NCBI RefSeq assembly: GCF_009914755.1
Contig: NC_060927.1
Strand: one strand, 5' to 3'
DNA from: the human T2T-CHM13v2.0 reference genome, Homo sapiens
Length of the DNA: 64,000 bases
Of this stretch, positions 26,926-39,457 are shown piece by piece. Made by a program: the position numbers and the translations under genes. Each line of letters begins with the position of its first letter. The first letter of the stretch is position 1. Below the pieces are notes generated by a model. The model had not been told where the DNA came from and made no database searches. It saw only the letters and a program-made list of their open reading frames with translations.

Positions 26926-27994
26926 AGGAGGTTTGGTTAATAACAGCCTCACACATGCTGAATCTTCCACCCTTGGTGAGCTTCTAGGGAAATTCAGCCC
27001 TTTTCTCAGGCTCTAGATCCAGAAGAAAATATTATAATAACAGTATGTCATCCCTTCTCAAATTCCAAGGCTTTTGCTCCTCAGGCTCTCAGCCTCCTTG
27101 GGTTTCTAACAACCTCATCACCAAATGCCAACAAAGCACTCCATGTCTAATGCATGAGTGGGGCTCACACTTGCCAACGGGAGCCCTCTGTGACAACAGA
27201 AAGAGGCTGGCTGTCTGGCTGCCCAGGTGGGCACCCCCAGGCAAGGAAGAAGGATGTTTCTCAGGCAAGACTTATGAGCTCTGCATTCTGTTAAGAGAAC
27301 CTGAGGTAGTAAGTGGCAATTGGACTGCCATGATATTTTTAATGTAATTTTTAAAAATTATAATTTTTTATCCTCATATGAAAATGTTTTTAAAAAGAAT
27401 AAACTCAGTAAAAATTTCCCATAGTTCAATTAATGCAGTATTGTCAATATTGTTTTCTTCTTTCAATACATAGTCATTTGAACATTATGTTGTTTTTCCA
27501 CTTAACCTTATGTCGTATTTATTCCCCCACATCATAAAACTTCACTGACCCCCTCAGTGGCTGCATAACGTCCCCTTCTATAGGTGTATCCAAATGTGCT
27601 TGACTGTGTCCTTGTAGTTAGATAGGGCCATGTGATTATCATATGTCAGCATGCTTCTGTTGTTCTTTTTAATGCAATGGCAATTAGTACAAAAGTCTTT
27701 GAATTTTGGCTACCTTTCTCAGGAGTCTATTTACTGGGCCAAAGTCTATGGTCATTTTGAAAACTGAGATACATTTTGTCAAGCATCTTGCTAACCATTT
27801 GTGACAGTGTACACTCCTAACCCTGTCAGAGAGCCACCTCTCCCACCCTCACACATGTATCAGTGTATTCAACAGACTCTGGAGATTTAGACTGTATTTC
27901 CTGCAGAAGTGAGAATTTGATTTCAGCTTGCGACTCTTGTTCAGCGAAATGGGAAATCCTGCACTCCAGTACCACCTAGGAAAATGGTCCTTTC

Positions 27995-27997
<3 letters not shown>

Positions 27998-28025
<28 letters not shown>
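27998..28025 (+). repeat. A28 homopolymer
   Basis: Direct reading. Confidence 0.9.
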
Positions 28026-28028
<3 letters not shown>

Positions 28029-29261
28029 TTGAAGCTGTGTGCAATTGATAGCTTAAAAAGAGATTTATATAACTAGAATATGAAAAAGTATACATAAGCC
28101 ATCTTTTCAAAAAGATTGAAAAATATGTGCATGAAAACCTATACCCTTCAATTGTGAATGTTTTTCAAAGCCATGTAAGTAAAGATTCTTAAAGAACCAC
28201 TGCTCCATCTTTACACTAATAATACATTTGTCAAGAGATTAAAAAAAATTGCCTGGAAGATGCTCATGTTTATTGTACATAAGAGAGAAGCATTTCTATA
28301 CATCTAAGAGAAAGTACCCTGGTTGGCTGAATTCATTGATCTTAGAAGGATTGTCTTTCAGAAGGGCTGCTTTGAAGTGCGTGGTTTCTGTACCTTTCCA
28401 GCATCAGTTCTGCTGGATGTGTTTCTGTTTGGGAGCTGAGAAGGGTGTGAGCTGAGGGTCTTTAGGGTTGAAGGGACTGGGAGAAAGCTGCAGCCGAGCC
28501 TTGGGTGGGTCCAGGCTTCTGAACACCACATAGTTCTCTTCAAGTTTGGCTGCTGACCCACGGCCCCCCAGACAGCCAGGGTAAAAGGAAAGGAGGGCTT
28601 GGCACAGGCTCTAAAGAGGTGGTGCCCAACACCAGCAAGATCAGAGACTTGGTGGGTAATGGAAGCACTCATGCTGGCATGAGGGAACCACACAGAATAG
28701 GATGGTTTCCTCTCACAGCATGGGGAAGGCCAAAGCCTTCCAGGAACGGAATGTGGTGTCTCAGAGGCCTGAGCCAGCCATCTCTCCAATGCAGTCTGCT
28801 CAGCAAGCTGTCTTTACACACTGCCCTTAACTAGTGGCACCAGTTCTCCTGGCTGGCAGTGAGAGGCCAGGGAGGAGGGCCTGACATAAGCCTGGGCTTC
28901 AGCGAGGGGCTGCCTGCAGTTTCCCAGTTGCTACCAGAATAAGGCCCCAAAGTCTCTGCCAACGTGCATGACTCTGAGGTCTGCCAGATAGATGTGAAGC
29001 TTTTCTTAGGTCACAGAGTCAGTCATCACAGTGTTGATTTGGGGCCAAATTATATCTCCTCTGTCATCAGGAAACTGGAAAGAACATCGTGAGCAAGACA
29101 AAATTTGAGAACAGATTTCTAGTTCTTTCATTTGACATTTATTGAGAATGTCTAGGGACTAAAAAGGTTAAAAATATACAGAAAAATTGAAGCCAGTTTT
29201 AAGTGCAGTTTCAGGATTCACATTTGTCCACGACATTTCAATTCAGGTGGGTGGGGGGTGT

Positions 29262-29341
29262 GCACACATACACAGCACACACATGTGCACATGCAAACAC
29301 ACACACGTGCACGTGCACACACACGCACACACACACACACA
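29262..29341 (+). repeat. Imperfect (CA)n/(CG) tract
   Basis: Direct reading. Confidence 0.85.
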
Positions 29342-30425
29342 GCAGCCATGTCTCAAATCCTTCCCATTTTAATGCCTAGCAGCCTATCCTTTGGCAGCTG
29401 GTTGGGGCTAAGCAGATGATTGATAAGTAATACGTACCATCCTATGTGAGAATTGGAGTGTGCATGTTTATATGTCTGGGTGTGTATCTATGTGTATGTG
29501 TGTTCTGATTTTCATACATCTGCTCACTCATTTCATAGATATTTGTTGGGCAACTTTTATGTGCCAGGCATTGAACAGTGATGTACAAGTCATGCTCCTG
29601 AGTGGGAACGGGACTTAAAGGAATCAGTAAATTCTCAGGGAGAGTGGAGGCTGGGGTGGAGATTGGGGGAGACTCATCAAGGTGAGGCCAATACCAATAA
29701 GGGCTCCTTTACAAAGTCACCTGTGAGGTGGGACCTGGATGAAGAGAAGGACCAGCCCTAGGAAGGGCAGGGACCGAGCGAGTACACAGGCAGAGGAACA
29801 GCAGCAGTCACAGCCCTGAGGCTTCACTGAGGATATGGCACAGAGATATGTATCCTTCCCCCACTTTCATTTTGTAGTTAATTATCTCTTCTTCATAGGA
29901 ATTAAAAGGTAATAAAATACTCTTGTGAAAATAAAATATAGTAAATGGAAAAGGGTCAGTAATAAAGGAAAAGAGGGGATTCCTTATGTTCGTAATTCAG
30001 TTCAGAGAATTCGTGTTTTGTTTCTTTTTAAATGGTACCTGTGTGTAATTGTTTTTAATTGGAGAAGAAAAAGCCATGTAATTTAATGCTCAAAAATGTG
30101 TGTGCCTATGATGTGTCAGATACAGGGCTAAGTGGTTTGCATTTATTGTCTCACAGAAACCCTATAAACAACTCTGAAATAGGTAATGATATCATTATCA
30201 TGTTGCATGACTAAACATAGAGGAAAAAAATGGCTTGCTCACAGTACACAATACCAAGTGGCAGAGCTGGAATTCACACCCAGGTCTGACTCCAAAGCCC
30301 TGATTCCTAGCAGTTATGCTCTGTGGACTCCTTTGGGGCAATTAATTAATGTCCCCATTCTATAAAGAAGAAACTGCGGCTCAGAAAGATTAAAGAATAT
30401 GCCCAAGGTTGCTCAGCTGGTAAGG

Positions 30426-30556
30426 CAGGACCAGCTGCATAATTTGTGGGTCCCAGTATAAAGTGGAAACAAGGGGCTCGTTGTTTAAAAATTATTAAGA
30501 AAGTTAAGACAGCCACAGCAGAGCATTAAACCAAGATGGGGCGCTTCTGAGCATGA
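30426..30556 (-). mobile_element. MER45A-like hAT-Tip100 fragment
   Basis: caggaccagctgcataatttgtgggtcccag..aaaaattattaag..agagcattaaaccaag, similar to the copy at 38710. Confidence 0.7.
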
Positions 30557-31642
30557 AACTGGTTGCAGATCCAGGGTTGAAGGTCCAGCGTCTCTGATTC
30601 CTCACCACCCCTGCCTCCTTCCAGCTGAATTTCCAACCTGATGGTTGTAGACCCATAATAGCAGTTAATGAAATGTAAAAAGAATATGAATTCCTAAAAG
30701 CAAGAAGCAAGACATTCTTTTCTGGTTTTGACTCAGAAGTTGTCCAACCTGGCACAAGTGCTGGCTCTGCACCAACTGGCTGTGGGACCTTCAGTAAGTG
30801 ACCCACTCTCTCCCCAGTCTGGTTTCCTCTCCCGTAAAGGAGGAAAACATTCTCTCACAGAAGTTTTAGTACCTGCCCCTAGGAGATCCAGGAATAGTCC
30901 TTTCCTTGTCTCTCCTGAGAGCAGGATTTGTGACAAGGAACCAAAATTTGGAAGCCTAATAAAATAGCCCATGTTTCTTAACCACTCATTGTATGTCAGG
31001 CACTCTGCTAAGCATTTCACATTTATCATCTTACTTAGTCATCAGAACATCCCCATGAGATGTAGTTATGCTGTTTTCCCACTTTGCAGATGAGAAAATT
31101 GAGGCACAGAGAGGTTAAGTAACTGCCGAAGGTGCAGCAGCTGGTAAGCAGAGAAGGCAGGGTCTGGAGCCAGGCATCTGACCCCTCACTTTCAGCCTCT
31201 GCACTCTACTGTCTAAGTGACACCTTGGCCCTACCCACCGTTGGGTCCTGAGGAACTCATGCCTAGAGGCCACGCAGAGAGAGGAGAGAAGGCGAATCTC
31301 AGAAGTCAGCTTCTGTCACTCCCTTCCGCAAAGGCCTTGAAGAGTCTGTTTCTGACGCTCTAAATAACCCACTCCCTGGCCCAGCACCCAAGGTCCTTGT
31401 CTTCTGGCTCCAAAGTGCCTCACACTACACCAGGGCCCCATGAAGCCCTCCCGAGCCTCACATATGTCTGCACCTTCTGAGACATGGCAGCTGCTGGGTT
31501 GTACACTCAGAAGCGGAAGTACTATTCACATCATTTCCATCTGAATGGCACCACTTGAACCTGGAGCTGTACTGACACGGGGCCCTGATGAAGACATCCT
31601 GGAGTTCTCTTCTAGTCCAGCATTCCTCTCATTCTGCAATGC

Positions 31643-32070
31643 TATATTAACCATGCCTTTTATTTTCTAGTATATATTCTGATGTTTTGACATCTGGGGG
31701 CCTTACTGACCCTGGAGGGACTGTCCCTCTCGGGTTTAGCTGATTCTCAGAGATCCTAAACATCTCACCCTCTCACTTTTCATATGCACTCCAACCAATC
31801 TGGAGCCCACAACCCTACACACCCCTTTTTGGGGCTTTTACACTCTGGGACACCATTCACCTGCCCTAATCACCCCAGGGTCAGGTACCAGACAACTACG
31901 TCCAAGAGCTGACTGGAATTATTCAAACTAGCGAATCTTAAAATGCTTGCCCTGCCTTACCTGTTTCTTCCCATGGAAGCCACAGTAAAGCCTTGTGCCC
32001 ACAGTTTCTTGCCTTCCTTCTGCCTCCTGGCTGACACTGGTACTCCTCTGCCCCCTCCCCTGCCTGTGGT
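31643..32070 (+). mobile_element. MER74-like ERVL LTR
   Basis: tatattaaccatg..gacatctgggggccttactgaccctgg..ccaaccaatc..ctgccctaatcaccccaggg..attcaaactagc; 3' boundary uncertain. Confidence 0.65.
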
Positions 32071-33739
32071 GTGGTTATCCCTGAATCTGAATCTGTCCAG
32101 TTGCAGGGTTAACACTCTTAAATTTAACTCAATAGAATTGAACTAAACTTCAATGAATTGAAGTTAATTCCCTCTGGTATGGCCCTGTCAGTGGTGACAC
32201 CTGCATGGATTGATCGAGGGGTGGCTATCAGGAGTATCCTGCTGTTCTGGAAATGAACACCAGGACTAACCCAACTGCTGAATGATGGCTCTGAAGCAGT
32301 CTGGATAGTTCACACCCTCGCTAAACATCCTATGTATGGCTCCTTACTGGCCCTGGGATTAAATCCAAACCTCTTACCCAGCATTCATCATCTGACCTTC
32401 TTTTACCTCTCCAGCCCATCTCTGCTTCCTGACTCACCCCCAATTCAGATGCACTGGATGGTCAGTGGAGATGACAGCACTCACTGCTGAGCAAAGGTAC
32501 CCTCCTAGCTTCTTCCAGTAGGAGGGGAAGACCCTTGGTGCCCAAATCAAAGCCATTCATCCCTCAGAGAAAGTCCTAAAAGATGGCAGATAGTGAATGC
32601 TTGCAGATCTGGCTGCAGTGTCAGCTGCCTGAACAATCCCTGTTCTGGGGTACCCCATTCCCATCCCTCTCACTCCCCGGTATCCCAATATCCAGCCACT
32701 CACTTTGTGTAAATCCAGCAATTTCCTAGAAATCCTGATGCTTCTCCAGCCATTGGAAGCTGAGACTAGGAAGAACTGGAGGCTCCTGTGCGTGCACATT
32801 TAAGGAAGGAAGCGTGTGTTTGCCACACCTACCTCTTTCCCTTTTATTATTCTGCATCGTTTCTGACCACAGAATTGGAACAATGGACGGAACGTCTTAG
32901 ATTACAACAGCGCCAAAGCCTATGCTTTCCAGAAGTCTCTTAGATTAGCTTTATTCCCCCTGTAGGCATCTAATATGAAACTTCCAAGTGGTTAATGTTC
33001 TCTTGATAAGAAAACATAAGTTACCCAAATGTAGAGGTAGTTATAATAAAATCATCATCTTTCTAAGTTCTTAATCCACAAAGAAGGGGTTTAAATCCCA
33101 ATAGCTTTTTCAGGAATACTTACAGGGTAATTTAGGCCCAATTATTAAAACAGCAGGCAGGGCAGGCTGCTCCCTTTCTCTTCACTTAAGAAAAAAATTG
33201 AACCACAATTCATAAAGTAGTCTCTAGGCCCCTTATAAACTGAAAAGATTTTGTTTCCAAGTAGGACAGTTCAGAGAAGTTTGAGACACTCCTGAACCAA
33301 TTGGTGGGATATTCCCATACCGAGCCTTCATTGGAAGGTCCCTGTGTTAGGCCCTTAGCCTGGCATATCTCGTGCTACCATAAGCCCACGAGGGGATATA
33401 ATTTTCCCCAATCTGCAGATGAAGCAATGGAGGCTATAAGATGACAGCAGCTTTGCTAGATTCACATGACTCGCATTTGGCAGAGTTGAGATTCCAGCCT
33501 GGATTTCTGCAGTCTTCAGTGTCAAAGCAAACCTCCAGCCCCCATAAGCTGCCCTCAAGGTCAGACACTGATAAAACTGACAATACTTCTTGATCTTTTG
33601 CCAACATTGGGATTATCACTCTTTTAATTTTAAATATCAGCATAAATTGAACGTTAAACATGAATCTGTAAAAATTATAGTTGTCTCAGTTCTGGCAAAT
33701 CCTCAGAATAGTGGAGGAGTTTTGTAAAAAAGCTATGTG

Positions 33740-34015
33740 GCCTGTAATTCTAGCACTTTGGAAGGCTGATGTGGGTGGCTCACCTAAGGTCAGGAGTTCG
33801 AGACCAGCCTGGCCAACATGGTGAAATCCCGTCTCTACTAAAAATACAAAAATTGGCTGGGCGTGGTGGCAGGTGCCTGTAGTCCCAGGTGCTAGGGAGG
33901 CTGAGGCAGGAGAATTTCTTGAACCCAAGAGGTGGAGGTTACGGTGGGCTGAGATTGTGCCATTGCACTCCAGCCTGGGTGACAAGAGCAAAACTCCGTC
34001 TCAAAAAAAAAAAAA
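33740..34015 (+). mobile_element. Alu (AluSq-like) lacking the first ~20 nt, inserted in a MIR
   Basis: Starts at gcctgtaattctagcac; degenerate TSD aaaaagctatgtggcc / aaaaatgctacatggcc; MIR core follows. Confidence 0.9.
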
Positions 34016-37000
34016 TGCTACATGGCCTTGGGCAAGTCACACCAATTCTTAGGCATGGTTTTATCATTTGTGCAATTAAGATACACTCCCCCACTGGGTC
34101 CCTGAAAGGATTAAGTGAAAGGATAGGTATAAAAGTGCTTGGCACCTTGTCAGTGCTTAGTCATTGATTTCCTCTTATGTCTTGCAATAAATGTTATTGA
34201 ATAAACGGTAATTTACCAATAATATATCTATTGGTCATGGTCCTTGTGTTTGGTACTGAAATGACTCTGCATGTAATCCCCCCAAAATCCGGGGTGGTAG
34301 ATACAAACTCTACAGAAGAGGAAACTGAGGCTCACGGAGCATACATGATTTGCCCAAAGTTACACAGTAAGTGGTAAGCGTGGGATTTAAACTCAGGTAT
34401 GCTGAATTAAACATCTATATTTTTAAGAACGATGCTATCCTACCCTCCAAGAGATGAGGAGGGACAGACATTTCTTGTGGTAAAGCCTGAACTTGATGAC
34501 TTGCCTTTTGCTCTCTTAAGCCCATCCCAACTCCTTCTTGGAAAATGGAAGATGTTTGTGTGAGCGTCTCACTCTCTCAAGTACACTGTGCTCAGAAAGC
34601 TTCATCAATTTCTTTTACTATATGGTTGCAATTTTGCCTGCTCCTCATAAACCCTCAAAAACAAGCCTCTTGAGGTCACCAAAGCAACTGGCAATTGTGA
34701 TGTTCCTAAAACTCTTTTATACCTGATTTCTCCCTGGCGGCCAGAGAGGGCCCTGCCCTGCCAGCTAGGGGGTGAGTGAGAGGATGAAGACCCTACAGGA
34801 TTGTGCTTCCTGGCTTTTCCCTTCACGATTTACTTGCTTGTTTATTTGAACTCCTTTTAAAAAAGATTTGAGGTGGAATTTCTCATCATAGATAACCACC
34901 AAAATATCTAGACGAGAAAGGGATGCCTGCAGCCTCTGCTGAATAAAGGGAATCAATGAGGAGGGTGTCTTGGGTTTCTCCAGAGAAAAGGCCTCCAGAG
35001 ACCATGACCAGAGGGGAGGTATTGTGGGAGGGCTCTCCTACACTAGCAGAAACAGGAGAACCTCAAGACTGGTGCCGCAGGGTGCACACCAAGCTCCCAC
35101 TCCCAGCACAAAACTGCTTTCTCCATTTTCAATGGACAGAAAGGGAGTTTATGGAGGGTTTGGGGAGAGAGGAGAGATAGATGATTCTATATAGAGAAGG
35201 GATAGATGGTCCAGCAGGAGTGAAGATACAGGCCGGTGGGATCAGTACCAGAGAAGCTGCAAACAAGCCATGGATTCTGTCTGCAGCTCAGGAAGTGCTA
35301 CCAAGGCAGCAATCAAGGTTAGATGTCTGCGGCTGCCCAGATCCACCCAGCAAATATTTCCTATCAAAAGATAGCCTGTAGGATTCTGTCACAGTTTCTA
35401 CCACTAGTGAGCATCTACTCTGTGCCAGGCACTGACTAGCACGATGAGGCCTCAGAGGCACCATGAAGCTTAGAGTCTAATGCTGCAGCCTCATGTTGAA
35501 AATACTGTAGAAGCATGGAGGAGAGAGGGCATCTACCTAGACTGGAGAAATCCCGGAAGGACACATGGAGGAGGTGGCAAGAGGGATAGTGATAGGGAAC
35601 CCCAAGTAGAAGAAACAACAGAAATACGGAGTGGTACAAAGCATTTTGTACCTAGGACACTACACAGCTGGCCATGTGTGTGGAGGGCTTCCTATGGCAC
35701 TATGACTTTAGATACACCAGACAAAAAGCCACCTTTTGCTCCAGTGGTTTGTCCTTAAGATTGCACTTGAGGCTTTTAGAGCATGGGCTGCAGCAACTTC
35801 GTGATCTCATCCTCTGGGAGGGGATGGGCTAATCCAGATACAGCTCCTAAAGACTTTGAGGAAAATAACATAGAAGTAGGGATATTCTCCTTTACAATTA
35901 GTCACTCTCATCCAAACATCCTCTTATTATAAGTACCCTAGGGATGAATCTCACATCCGTAATGTGCACCCTCTACTTGTGACACACTCAGAAAACTCCA
36001 TAAAGGGCAGCTGGTGACCATGGGGGCTCAGAGCTAAACTCAGATTGCAAAGGTACCTGAAATGTATCAAAGTTGTGATGCAGGAGGGCGGATTGTCTCC
36101 TTCCTTGACAGGGAACAACATTGATCAGTCCCTACTGCATGCTATGTACACATTTTCACACTCAATCCTTACCTCAATACTATTAGGTCAGTGCTATGGT
36201 CCCCATTTCCTTGATGGGATGCCTGAGGCTTGGAGACCTTCAATAACCTGCTCAAGAACTTCCTGACCTTACAAAGCCAAGCCAAGATTGTTGCTGCATC
36301 TGCTTCACACATGCTTCCCTGAGGCTTCCCCCAATGCATTTGTCCTTGATATTCAGGCCTCAGCTCAGAGGTTAAGTCTCAAGCTAAAGGAGCCCCTCTC
36401 TATCACTGGCTTTTCCTTTCATAGCACTTACTCCTTTCTGTTAGAGCAGCACAGGCTTATTCATCACCTGCCTCTCTCCCTAGGCTCCTGACTTGTTCAC
36501 TGCTGTACCCTTTGTACTCCAAGCAGAGCCTGGCACATAGAAACAAACCCTGAACAAATGGTTGCTCAGTGAACAAAGCCGTCTGGCTAGCCCCAAAGCC
36601 CAGTCTCTTCCAAGATACCGGTATCACCATGGTGGCTCCAGTGGCCCATTGGGAACTGAGTAGCCTTCTGGTAACTGCAGCCTGATACTGAGTCCCACAA
36701 TGCAGGACTTTCTGAGTTTCTCATGGGTGAGGTCAGGCAACTTTATAGATTTTTATTTCTACTTCAGCAAAGGGATATCATCTAGCAATGTTCTATGTGA
36801 CAAACATTTGGGATTAGTAAACTAATAGCACCCATAACTCACATTGCTTGATGAGTCAGAATCACTCTTCTGCACATAAGTCTGGCTGAGGATGGCTGCA
36901 CAGCCGTCTCAGACATGTGTCCTCCCAGAGCGTGGGATGCCCGCTGTGGGAGGCAAACACATGTCGTCAGTCACTGGGAGCCTGCCTTGAGTCCGCTCTG

Positions 37001-37507
37001 ACTTTTCAGGTGCTGCTGTTATTATATCAGTCAATTCCTGTGTACATTCACTTGTAGAGTTTGTATGTGTTGATTGCTGTGTTCTTGCATGGTGCCATTT
37101 TAATCGTGATTTTGTTCCTCTCTAATGCTTTATCATTTCCACATTATTTTTTCACTAAAACGCAGTGACAAGACCATGAGACCTACTTCAGTAACTCACA
37201 GTTCTGAGTGTCTGAGAATCCTTTCACCCTACCTTGTGACCTCATGAGATCCTTGAACAACCATGCTTCCTTTTGTTTTATAACAAGGCACATGCCTTCC
37301 TAAAAATGACCACGTGAGGCAAAGTTAAAAAATGGGGTGAGGGGCACAACACTCAAAAATGTCATCGGTGGCACATTAGAAAAAAAGGAGAAAGAGAAAA
37401 CATTAGCACAATATTGCACAAGTACTACAATAAGTATGGCACCTTGCCTTGAGGAGATCTGACGTTTGCCTGTGAAATGAATGTAAGAAGGTTGCCTCCC
37501 CAGGTAC

Positions 37508-37600
37508 TGAAATAATCTGTACAACAAGCCCCCATGACACAAATTTACCTATATAACAAACCTGCACATGTACACCTAAACCTAAAATAAAAGTTAAAAC
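37508..37600 (+). mobile_element. Short L1PA13-16-like 3' end
   Basis: gaaataatctgtacaacaagccccatgacac..aacctgcacatgtac..aaaataaaagtt. Confidence 0.8.
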
Positions 37601-37779
37601 ATAAATTTTGAGATACTAAAAAAAAGGTTTGGGGATGATGGGGGTTGCCTCTGGTGTGTTGTTGTGAAGTCCTTGAAGGAGTATCTGGGAAATGAATGAA
37701 AAGTTGTAACTGCAGGCGTGGACGGGTGTGGCTCATAACACATGGTGAACTAAGTGGCTGGTATATGTTTGAGGGTGTG

Positions 37780-37781
<2 letters not shown>

Positions 37782-37817
<36 letters not shown>
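37782..37817 (+). repeat. (TG)18 microsatellite
   Basis: Direct reading; about 275 nt upstream of the exon acceptor at 38093. Confidence 0.95.
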
Positions 37818-37819
<2 letters not shown>

Positions 37820-38092
37820 CATGTGAGTATGCACGTGCCTGCACATGTTTTGTGTATTCCTATGTGGCTCAGTGCAGCTGGGTGCAGTTTTCTGTGTTTG
37901 CCTAGTATTTCCCAGGGAGGAAACCCTGCATAAGCAAATGTAAAACTGCCATTATTCTCAAACTGTTCCCTAATATCTAATATATGTGTTGGGGCAAATA
38001 ATTCGTTGGAACAAATTCACATTTCTAAAAGAAATGTTCCAGCAGAACTGACTGCACCTGATTCACTTTTCATCCTTTCCTTGTTTGTTTAG

Positions 38093-38278
38093 ACTGGACC
38101 AAGAGGATTGAGTACCAGCCTGGCTCCGGGAGCATGCCCCTGTTCCCCAGCATCCACCTGGAGACGTGCGATGGAGCCGTGTCTTCCCTCCAGATCGTCA
38201 CAGAGCTGCAGACTAATTACATTGGGAAGGGTTGTGACCGGGAGACCTACTCTGAGAAATCCCTTCAAAAGTTATGTG
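38093..38278 (+). CDS. CLSTN2: Calsyntenin-2 internal coding exon (likely exon 6), 186 nt, phase 1-1
   Basis: Acceptor tttccttgtttgtttAG, donor GTG|GTaggt. Translates (D)WTKRIEYQPGSGSMPLFPSIHLETCDGAVSSLQIVTELQTNYIGKGCDRETYSEKSLQKLC; overlaps ORF 38134..38322. Confidence 0.96.
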
Positions 38279-38709
38279 GTAGGTTTTTCCCTTTTGGGAT
38301 TTTAAAAATCAATTGCTTTTAAATGATGTATACCAAAAAAGCATATCTTATTGTCTTAGGCAAGAATCAACCCTCCCTTCCTGCACTGATATGTGTAACT
38401 CCTGGATGGATTTTAAGTTTACTTATGGCAGAAGGGTTGGAAGGCCCAGTTTTTGGCAGTAGACTCCTGACTCAGACTCCATTTATTAGTTATGTGGCCT
38501 TGGGCAAGTGACATGGAAAAGCAAAGCCTTTGCTCTTCTTTGGTAAAACGGGAATTAAATGGCACGATACTTTCAGGAGTACCTAGGTCAGGGCCCAAAG
38601 AAACACGAGTTCCTTTCTGCCCCACTGGTTTAGAAAAAGCAATCAGACCAGACCCAGTATGAAGAGTTAGTAGTGTCAGTCACCTGGAAAGGGATTGGTC
38701 TCCTCCCCA

Positions 38710-39457
38710 AAGCGCCAGCTATATAATTTGTGGGGCCCAGTGCAAATGAAAATTTGGGGCTCTTGTTCAAAAATTAACAAGAGTTTTACAACAGAGACAG
38801 CAAAGCATTAAACCAAGTAAACACAACTAAGCCTTGGGCCCTATATGACTACTCAGGTTGTTACTGACAAAGCTGGTCTTACCAAAGATGGAGTCTTTCC
38901 TTATTCAGTATCACAAAGCCAATACACAAAACCAAAAGTGAGTGTCAAGCAGTGCAGGCTTTATTCAATGGCCGTGGAATTGAGAAGCAGGAGATGGCTC
39001 ACAATCAACTTCTCAACAAGTGAGGGTGAGGGGCTTAAGATACAGGATTTCTCTAATGAAGGAGGTGACATTAAAAGAAAAGGGAAGAATATTCATGTCT
39101 TTTCCAGAAGTGGGTGGTGAACCTCCTGGAATCAGTAGTACCGCCTCCCTTTTAGTCCTTTTACGGCTTCTTCCAGTCATTGTCATGGCAATTGTCAACT
39201 GTCGTGGTGCTGGAGGGAGTATCATTTAGCATGGAAATAAGATTATCATGAAGACTGAGGTCTTTTTGAAGTCCTTTGGTCAGCTGTCTTGGTTCTATGT
39301 ACCAGTCTCAGCTGGTCTGGCTGCAAAGGGAACTTTTTATCACAGGCATTCTGTTTGTTAAAGATAAGCAAAGTTAGGACAGGGTAGAAATTCAGCTCTG
39401 TCACATAGTCACTGCCCCAGGTAACAAGGTCACATGCCCATGAAGCTGAGTCTGGCT
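38710..39457 (-). mobile_element. MER45A-like hAT element split by an LTR
   Basis: Left part 38710-38858 and right part 39427-39457 (aggtcacatgcccatgaagctg) join into one MER45A-like element. Confidence 0.7.
38859..39426 (-). mobile_element. Complete solo ERV1 LTR (MER67/MER31-like)
   Basis: TGTTAC...GTAACA inverted termini, perfect 4-bp TSD aggt (38855-38858 / 39427-39430), AATAAA on the minus strand near 38961. Family name tentative. Confidence 0.75.

Noticed and set aside
32146-32165. Palindrome aacttcaat-ga-attgaagtt
   Set aside because: 9-bp AT-rich arms are near chance expectation.
30426-38858. Similar sequences at ~30430 and ~38715 suggesting a local duplication
   Set aside because: Both are independent diverged copies of a MER45A-like transposon.
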